Positions 27,201 through 33,124 of a DNA stretch of 42,777 nt are shown piece after piece. Both the position numbers and the translations under genes were made by a program. The notes below the pieces were generated by a model, which was given only the letters and a program-made list of their open reading frames with translations, was not told where the DNA came from and ran no database searches. The first letter of the stretch is position 1. Each line of letters starts with the position of its first letter. The DNA lies in the NCBI GenBank assembly GCA_017414525.1, contig JAFQLO010000008.1:1-42777 (forward strand). Direction: 5' to 3'. This DNA comes from Clostridia bacterium (GTDB lineage Bacteria; Bacillota; Clostridia; Christensenellales; Borkfalkiaceae).

Positions 27201-28425
27201 TAATAACTATATGAACCGTATCAATAGTTACGGCTTATATACTAGCGTTATCGGTGGAAACGGTATAGAAGCAAAGAGTGACTTTACCGAAGGCAACGAG
27301 TATGCTTATATGTTTGGTATTACTGGAACTGGTACTGATAAAGTATTGCACTTTATGATTATCGACGAAACAAATGCAGTAGTTATGAGATATGTAACTT
27401 GGACTTGGGCTCAGATATCTGAGTATAGAGACACTGCCTTCTCTGGCTGGACCCTCGTTGATATTGCTGAAAGTGGTTCGTTTGTATTCAACTTTACTGG
27501 TGCTGTAAACGATATGACTATTTCTTATGAAATCATCGAAGCTGCTGACGTATTTAAGAACGCTAACTACGGCGCAATCGCTAACGTAGCTGCTAACGGT
27601 GCAACCGTTTCTTGGGATGCTGTTGCTAACGCAACTAACTATTTAGTAAGCGTAAACGGCGGCGCTTATGAAACTGTTAACACCAACTCTTATACTATTG
27701 CTAACCCCGTATCTTTCGCTAACTACGAAGTTGAAATTAAGGCAAATATGGGTTACTACGCAGCAACTGGTTCTTTGAACTTTGTTTATACTCCCGCTGG
27801 CGTTAAATTGGTTAATATAGATACCATAGCTGCTAACGGTGCTGTTTCTGCTACTAGTGGTAGCGTAACGTTTGCTGATAAAGGAACTGGTACTCAAAAT
27901 TCTTCAACGATTGCCGTTAAAGCAGAAAATGCAACAGATTTCTTAAAAGTTAAGTTTACCGCTCTTTCAACTCCTGTTCGTGGTGGCTTACAGGCTGCTA
28001 CCGCACTTTGGTTTGGTCTTAGAAGAACTGAGGCTCAGATCACGATAAACGGAAACGAAGCAAACTCTTGGAACGCTGGTCCTAGAACAGACACAAACGA
28101 CTTCTGTGCATATTATGGTAGTAATGTTAGTTACTTCCATGCGACTGGAAACACCAAAGAAATGCCGACTTGGTACTGGAATGGTGGTATTACCGAAGGT
28201 GACACTTGCTACTATTTGATCGGTGTAACTTCTGAAGGCGAGATTAAGCTCGTGCTCGTTAACGAAACCACGAATAAGCTTCTTTGCAGAGGTACTGTTG
28301 GTGCAGATAACGCAACCAATCTTGCTGCTGATGGTTACTTCACTATCCACAGCTTCTCTAACGCAGAAAGAACTCTTTCTTGGGAGATCGTTTCTGAAGC
28401 ATCAGTTGCTGATTATCTCGGCTAA
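24232..28425 (+). CDS. Large (1397 aa from ATG 24232) secreted modular protein sharing A, knuckle and B modules with the giant lipoprotein, plus two FN3-like inserts
   Basis: Type-I signal peptide (…TTAKA-EG). Modules: one A (GNNMPNVILYAD, nt 25264), one knuckle unit (nt 25855-26020: HHWYECACG...GGTATHTEKAKCEVCGTAYG), and B-like modules at about 26035-26670, 26929-27540 and 27796-28422. FN3-like segments lie at 26704-26928 and 27580-27795 (…ASWTAYNGATSYKVKV…, …VSWDAVANATNYLVSV…). Confidence 0.9.
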   Translation: MNKTIKTKLISLFAVLLSICMLFSVASMVTTTAKAEGTTTAATLVEGAAVRVNSAESSGLKFKASIDKAQYNALYNQAGGKLKAGMIIVPTDYITAANGYTFNAFAAAGKTVASNTIAEFKNASESTYEFTMSIINLKLANYDRDFEAIVYLESEVALDGFVAYGDKYYAYAERNESYARNIYEVAKGVYNDRADAQDDVKYIYPVDGKYATLDTDGLAIAKTFIDGVTEIVLDNGKPAAYSSEYYAAKDSVLTNDTEAYLLGEHKNVVYKGESISSYPFTADGIAIKQMYTARATYANGEYTTAGYAIGALLWSAGNAGNGTYGYVAFDGEYGPSTYVEFTFTGNNMPNVILYADDVTDGNMTHNSGGKGIAMINGISYDGTASTGRTTDLEVWAPYRWNGHYVGYNSYRYYGDSKVPMMKYFINNPTTEFRYVVGTYIVKEDVHNASGVVYGAEEEKDGVLEEVIYLDMAIYNNSTGASLYTLKTPLWAKNTTSSTATTDRVTTEDLSSGAIMAFSALKGADATTGDVLNTTFKVTKAPYHVHNFNSEIKSDATHHWYECACGEVGEKAEHLGGTATHTEKAKCEVCGTAYGDLKPAWEVDDVALVQMTNQSAAQVITADKGTITFTGSQETPSQTNASSIVLKKQYTTEFVRVGFTALADYVREGTVTNLNSVLGLNVEYRTSSETSKSGVDSWGFDIMNTTNYFRLYPVHSGHYGGYASDRTVAKAFVAGEQYYLIAGIDSNNTLYFYILDEDNTVMAKSTMDEAALIAAGTHATNKTLDYSMPESGYWTINSWATSERTLSWETISETQAMYYINGGKGVEGLAVSGNTASWTAYNGATSYKVKVDNGEWTDVGNVTSYAIANLAAFDTYSVTVKAVCSGFETKETATQFTYVPSGITLANVDSIKADGNATATSGKVTVTADTASAIGFAADATDFIKVKFAATGAAVEAMSINFRQASVAANWQSGWGIVPNGTHGMMLNYGGNNYMNRINSYGLYTSVIGGNGIEAKSDFTEGNEYAYMFGITGTGTDKVLHFMIIDETNAVVMRYVTWTWAQISEYRDTAFSGWTLVDIAESGSFVFNFTGAVNDMTISYEIIEAADVFKNANYGAIANVAANGATVSWDAVANATNYLVSVNGGAYETVNTNSYTIANPVSFANYEVEIKANMGYYAATGSLNFVYTPAGVKLVNIDTIAANGAVSATSGSVTFADKGTGTQNSSTIAVKAENATDFLKVKFTALSTPVRGGLQAATALWFGLRRTEAQITINGNEANSWNAGPRTDTNDFCAYYGSNVSYFHATGNTKEMPTWYWNGGITEGDTCYYLIGVTSEGEIKLVLVNETTNKLLCRGTVGADNATNLAADGYFTIHSFSNAERTLSWEIVSEASVADYLG

Positions 28426-28467
28426 TCTTTAGATTTCTAATCTAACAGATTAAAACTTAAAACATTA

Positions 28468-28496
28468 AAGGCAATTCTTCGGAATTGCCTTTTTGT
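28468..28496 (+). terminator. Rho-independent terminator
   Basis: AAGGCAATTC-ttcg-GAATTGCCTTtttg. Confidence 0.8.
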
Positions 28497-28565
28497 TACT
28501 TTAAATTAAAAAGTTAAATAATTAAAAAAAGTAAAAATAAAACAAAAACAAGTTATTATTGCACA

Positions 28566-28594
28566 TTGACATTAACAATCGTCAGTGTTAAACT
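28566..28594 (+). promoter_or_regulatory. Candidate sigma-A promoter for the tandem paralogue pair
   Basis: TTGACA-17 nt-TAAACT, located 34 nt upstream of the ATG at 28628. Confidence 0.5.
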
Positions 28595-28627
28595 ATTGAT
28601 AATGATATTATTGTGAGGACTTTGGTT

Positions 28628-30013
28628 ATGAACGATAAGTTTATGGTTTACGGCTACAACTCGCCCACGGACGGCAAGTTTTATATTAACGATTTTGAAT
28701 ATTCTTACGGCGAAGATTACCGCTCGGTTAAGCGTTATAAAGAGTATACTAACGCGGGCTTTAACGTATTACTTCTTCAGCACAAGAACGAATACCACGG
28801 CGAAGAGTGGGAGACCTGTTCTACCAAAAAGTGTATGGAAGAGGCTTATAAGGCGGGTATTGATAAAATCGTTTTGGGTGATACTCGCTTAAAGGATATG
28901 TGCATTGACGAAAACCTTTTGGGGGAGAACGGTACTTATAAGACGGAGGCTGAACTCTTAAAGGCTATTGAAGACTGCACTAAGCCTTACCGCGATATGC
29001 CTGGTTTTTACGGTATTCAACTTTACGACGAACCCAGATGGACTAAATTACATAGTTATGCGCTCGTCGGTAAGGGGCTCAAAAAACTTTATCCGAATAT
29101 TTATTTACAATGCAATCTTTTGCCTTACTGCGGTATTGACCTTATCGCTGCGGAAACTACCGACGATTACTCGGGTTATAAAAAGTATCTTGACGACTGG
29201 CTAACGATGACGAACCTTGGCAATCTCACTTTTGACGAATATTTCTTCCGTAAAGATTATTTGCAGGGTTCAGAAGGCGGTTCGTTTATGACTTATATGC
29301 TCGCTGCAGAGGCGTGCAAAAAGCACAATGCGGTTATGGGGGCAACGCTTCAGTCTTTTGCGTGTATGTCGCACGCGGGGCTTCATCACCGTCACGTCAC
29401 CGAGCCTGATATGTATTTCCAGTGCAATATGGCTATGGGTTTTGGTGCGAGAGAAATTGCTTTCTTCACCTATATGACAAAAATCAAGTTTACTTTACAT
29501 AAAGAAAGCAAAGGGGCAAACGACTCTCTTGACGGCGGTGCGTGGATTAATCACGACGGTTCTAGAACTAGACTTTATTACTTTGGTAAAAAAGTTTTAG
29601 CCGAGATGCAAAACTTTGCGCCCACGCTCTTTAAGTATAAATATAACAACTACTGGATGAGTTTCCCCAAGGGCGTTAAGCATACTGACGTAATTGACAC
29701 TCGCCGTATCGTTGAACCTCATTATATCGACGAGTCTTGTGATATTAAAGTTAAAAACTCAACTGGCGTAGTGATGGTTACCGAGCAAATCAAGGTTGAC
29801 GGCTCTAAAGGGCGTTTGTTTATGGTTGAGAACGTTACCAATCTTAAATATCAGCTTGAGGGTGAAGTTCAGAGAGTTACCATCGATCTTGGCGCGCTCG
29901 CTGACGGTGCTAAGTTCTATTATAGAGGTAAGGAAGTTAAGAAGAACGTTAAAAACGGCGTTTTAAGACTAGTGCTTAAAAACGGCGACGCGCTCTTTAT
30001 TGAAACTAAATAA
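28628..30013 (+). CDS. Cytoplasmic paralogue 1 of the uncharacterised enzyme-like family (461 aa)
   Basis: The start was set to ATG 28628 (MNDKFMVYGY, matching the MKDQFMVYGY start of the neighbour; GAGGA lies 8 nt upstream). No signal peptide. Motifs YGIQLYDEPRW, LQCNLLPYCGID and QSFACMSHAGLHHRHVTEPDMYFQ. Confidence 0.75.
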   Translation: MNDKFMVYGYNSPTDGKFYINDFEYSYGEDYRSVKRYKEYTNAGFNVLLLQHKNEYHGEEWETCSTKKCMEEAYKAGIDKIVLGDTRLKDMCIDENLLGENGTYKTEAELLKAIEDCTKPYRDMPGFYGIQLYDEPRWTKLHSYALVGKGLKKLYPNIYLQCNLLPYCGIDLIAAETTDDYSGYKKYLDDWLTMTNLGNLTFDEYFFRKDYLQGSEGGSFMTYMLAAEACKKHNAVMGATLQSFACMSHAGLHHRHVTEPDMYFQCNMAMGFGAREIAFFTYMTKIKFTLHKESKGANDSLDGGAWINHDGSRTRLYYFGKKVLAEMQNFAPTLFKYKYNNYWMSFPKGVKHTDVIDTRRIVEPHYIDESCDIKVKNSTGVVMVTEQIKVDGSKGRLFMVENVTNLKYQLEGEVQRVTIDLGALADGAKFYYRGKEVKKNVKNGVLRLVLKNGDALFIETK

Positions 30014-30033
30014 ACTGGATTATCGAGGCTATT

Positions 30034-31410
30034 ATGAAAGATCAATTTATGGTTTACGGATATTGTTCTCCAACGAATGGTGTGTTCAACATCAACGGCT
30101 GTAATTACAGTTACGGCGAAGATTTTCGCTCGGTTAAACGTTATAAAGAACACAAGAACGCAGGTTTTAACGTGCTTTTGTTGCAGGGCGGTAACGGTTA
30201 TCACGGTGGTGACTGGGAAACTAGCGGCGGTAAAATTTGTATGGAGGCAGGCTACAAGGCAGGTTACGACAAAATTATTATTGACGACGGTAGGCTTAAA
30301 GCAATGTGTGTGGACGATGAACTTATCGGTGGCACATATAAAGACGAAGACGAACTTTTAAGAGTCATTGAAGAGTACACTAAACCTTACCGCGATATGC
30401 CTGGGTTTTACGGCGTTCAACTTTACGATGAACCTAGATGGGCAAAATTAAAAAGTTACGCGGCAGTTGTTAGAGCACTCAAAAAACTTTATCCTAATAT
30501 TTATTTACAATGCAACCTTTTGCCTTACTGTGGTATTGACCTTATCGCTGCGGAAACTACCGACGATTACGACGGCTATAAAAAATATCTCGACGAGTGG
30601 TTGACAACCTCGGGATCTGGAAACGTTACCGTTGACGAATATTTCTTCCGCCGTGATTATCTTATGGGAAGCGAAGGTGCTGCGTTCAACACGTTCATTA
30701 TTGCGGCAGAGGCGTGCAAAAAACATAACGCCACTTTAGGCTTGGTTATTCAGTCTTTTGCGTGTATGTCGCACGCGGGGCTTCATCATCGCCACGTCAC
30801 CGAGCCCGATATGTATTTTCAAACTAACCTTGCTATGGGTTTTGGTGCTAGGGAGATAGGGTTCTTTACTTATATGACTAAAACCTCGTTCATCTTGAAC
30901 GCGCAAAGCAGTATTGCAAACGATTCTGTTGACGGCGGTGCGTGGATTAATCATGACGGCTCTAGAACTAGACTTTATTACTTTGGCAAAAAAGTATTAA
31001 AAGAGATGCAAAACTTTGCGCCTACGCTCTTTAAGTATAAATATAACAACTGCTGGTTCTCATTTCCAAAGGGCGTTAAGCATACGGACGTGCTTGATAC
31101 TCGCCGTATCGTTAACCCTAATTATATGGACGAAACTTGCCCGATAAAGGTTAAAAACTCAACTGGCGTCGTTATCGTTACTGAGCAGGTCGCAAAAGAG
31201 GGTAGTGGTAAAATTTTTATGGTTGAGAACGTTACCAACCTTAAATATCAACTTGAGGGCAAAGTTCAGAGAGTTACCATCGATCTCGGCGCGCTCGCTG
31301 ACGGTGCGAAGTTCTATTATAGAGGCAAGGAAGTTAAGAAGAACGTTAAAAACGGCGTTTTAAGACTAGTGATTAAAAACGGCGACGCGCTCTTTATTGA
31401 AACTAAATAG
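30034..31410 (+). CDS. Cytoplasmic paralogue 2 of the uncharacterised enzyme-like family (458 aa)
   Basis: Collinear with the 28628..30013 product along its whole length. High identity by eye, with near-identical central and C-terminal blocks. Confidence 0.75.
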   Translation: MKDQFMVYGYCSPTNGVFNINGCNYSYGEDFRSVKRYKEHKNAGFNVLLLQGGNGYHGGDWETSGGKICMEAGYKAGYDKIIIDDGRLKAMCVDDELIGGTYKDEDELLRVIEEYTKPYRDMPGFYGVQLYDEPRWAKLKSYAAVVRALKKLYPNIYLQCNLLPYCGIDLIAAETTDDYDGYKKYLDEWLTTSGSGNVTVDEYFFRRDYLMGSEGAAFNTFIIAAEACKKHNATLGLVIQSFACMSHAGLHHRHVTEPDMYFQTNLAMGFGAREIGFFTYMTKTSFILNAQSSIANDSVDGGAWINHDGSRTRLYYFGKKVLKEMQNFAPTLFKYKYNNCWFSFPKGVKHTDVLDTRRIVNPNYMDETCPIKVKNSTGVVIVTEQVAKEGSGKIFMVENVTNLKYQLEGKVQRVTIDLGALADGAKFYYRGKEVKKNVKNGVLRLVIKNGDALFIETK

Positions 31411-31438
31411 ATTTTTCGAGTTACTATTTCTCTTCTTT

Positions 31439-31476
31439 AGTCGGGTGTGCGATTTTCGCGCACTCGACTATTTTTT
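31439..31476 (+). terminator. Rho-independent terminator
   Basis: AGTCGGGTGTGC-gattttc-GCGCACTCGACT: a 12-bp stem with 2 G-U pairs, followed by aTTTTTT. Confidence 0.8.
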
Positions 31477-31495
31477 ATTTATCTTTTTATTTGCT

Positions 31496-31524
31496 TTGAC
31501 AAACGCCTCAGTTTGTGTTATTAT
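31496..31524 (+). promoter_or_regulatory. Candidate sigma-A promoter of the phosphohexomutase gene
   Basis: TTGACA-17 nt-TATTAT. TAGGAG lies 6 nt upstream of ATG 31557. Confidence 0.6.
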
Positions 31525-31556
31525 TTTTCTATAAAATACTATCTTAGGAGTATATA

Positions 31557-33059
31557 ATGGATTACAAAAAATTGCAGAATGGCAGCGACATTCGTGGCGT
31601 TGCGTTAGAGGGTATTGAAGGGCAAAGCGTAAACCTTACCGAAGAGGTTTGCCGTAACATCGGTAGAGGTTTTGCTTTGTGGCTTATTAAAAAGACTGGC
31701 AAAAAGGTTAACCGCGTTGCAGTTGGTAGAGATTCTCGTCTTTCCGGCGAAAAACTTTGCGGTTGGATTTGCTCTGCTATGGTTGAGGTTGGACTTATCG
31801 TTACCGATTTTAAGATGGCGTCAACTCCCGCTATGTTTATGTCAACCGTAACCAAGGGCTACGAGTTTGACGGCTCGGTTATGATCACCGCTTCACATCT
31901 TCCTTTCAACCGCAACGGCTTTAAGTTCTTCACCGCAGAGGGTGGGCTCGAAAAGGGCGATATTAAAGAAATTTTGGAGTACGCTGAAAGTGACCAAAAA
32001 ACTAATCTTCCCGCTGGCGAACTTAAAGACGGGGAGTTTATGGACACCTATTCAAAAATTCTCGCTGATAAAATTCGCGCGGCAACGGGCGAAGATAAAC
32101 CCCTTGCAGGCTTTAAGATCGTCGTTGACGCTGGTAACGGTGCAGGCGGTTTCTACGTTGATAAGGTGTTAAAACCTTTGGGTGCTATTACCGACGGTAG
32201 TCGCTATTTAGAGCCCGATGGAAGTTTCCCTAATCACATTCCCAACCCCGAGAATAAAGAGGCTATGGAGAGCATTACCGAAGCTGTAAAGGAAACTGGC
32301 GCAGACCTTGGTATAATCTTCGATACCGACGTTGACCGTGCCGGTGCGGTTTTATCTGACGGAAGCGAACTTAACCGTAACCGTATTATTGCTATGCTTG
32401 CAGCTATTCTTCTCCGTGAACACCCTGGTACTACTATCGTTACCGACTCTATCACTTCAACTGGGCTTGCTAAGTTCATTGAAGAAAAAGGTGGCGTTCA
32501 TCACAGATTTAAGAGGGGTTATAGAAACGTTATCAACGAATCTATCCGCCTCAACGGTTTGGGTCAAGATAGCCAACTTGCTATTGAAACTTCTGGTCAC
32601 GGCGCGTTTAAGGAAAACTTTTTCTTGGACGACGGCGCGTATATCGTAACTAAACTCCTTATCGAACTTGCAAGAGGTAAGAAAGAGGGTTATACTTTAG
32701 AATCTCTTATCGCATCGCTTGAAGAACCCAAGGAGAGCGTAGAGTTTAGAATGAACATTCTTCTTGACGAATTTAAGCCTTACGGTCAGCAGGTTATTGA
32801 CGACCTTAACGCCTACGCTGCGGGTAAGGACGGTTGGTCACTCGCACCCAACAATTTCGAGGGCGTAAGAGTAAATTTGGACGCTAAACACGGCAACGGT
32901 TGGTTCTTGCTCCGCTTATCCTTGCACGACCCGTTGCTCCCCTTAAACATTGAATCAAACGACGAGGGCGGTGCAAAGATTATTGCAAGCGAACTTGCAG
33001 AATTTATCGCAAAATACGACAAACTCGATGCAAAAGCATTGATTGATTTTACTAAATAA
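31557..33059 (+). CDS. Phosphomannomutase/phosphoglucomutase-family phosphohexomutase
   Basis: Active-site Ser loop ITASHLPFNRNG, Mg loop FDTDVDRAG and sugar loop ETSGHG. 500 aa with the four-domain length typical of the family. Confidence 0.85.
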   Translation: MDYKKLQNGSDIRGVALEGIEGQSVNLTEEVCRNIGRGFALWLIKKTGKKVNRVAVGRDSRLSGEKLCGWICSAMVEVGLIVTDFKMASTPAMFMSTVTKGYEFDGSVMITASHLPFNRNGFKFFTAEGGLEKGDIKEILEYAESDQKTNLPAGELKDGEFMDTYSKILADKIRAATGEDKPLAGFKIVVDAGNGAGGFYVDKVLKPLGAITDGSRYLEPDGSFPNHIPNPENKEAMESITEAVKETGADLGIIFDTDVDRAGAVLSDGSELNRNRIIAMLAAILLREHPGTTIVTDSITSTGLAKFIEEKGGVHHRFKRGYRNVINESIRLNGLGQDSQLAIETSGHGAFKENFFLDDGAYIVTKLLIELARGKKEGYTLESLIASLEEPKESVEFRMNILLDEFKPYGQQVIDDLNAYAAGKDGWSLAPNNFEGVRVNLDAKHGNGWFLLRLSLHDPLLPLNIESNDEGGAKIIASELAEFIAKYDKLDAKALIDFTK

Positions 33060-33074
33060 AATAGTTAAAAACAA

Positions 33075-33108
33075 AACACCCCGCTAAGGAAATCCTTAGC
33101 GGGGTGTT
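33075..33108. terminator. Bidirectional terminator between convergent mutase and ATPase genes
   Basis: AACACCCCGCTAAGG-loop-CCTTAGCGGGGTGTT, with T-rich sequence on both strands. Confidence 0.8.
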
Positions 33109-33124
33109 CTTTTATTGTTTTAAT

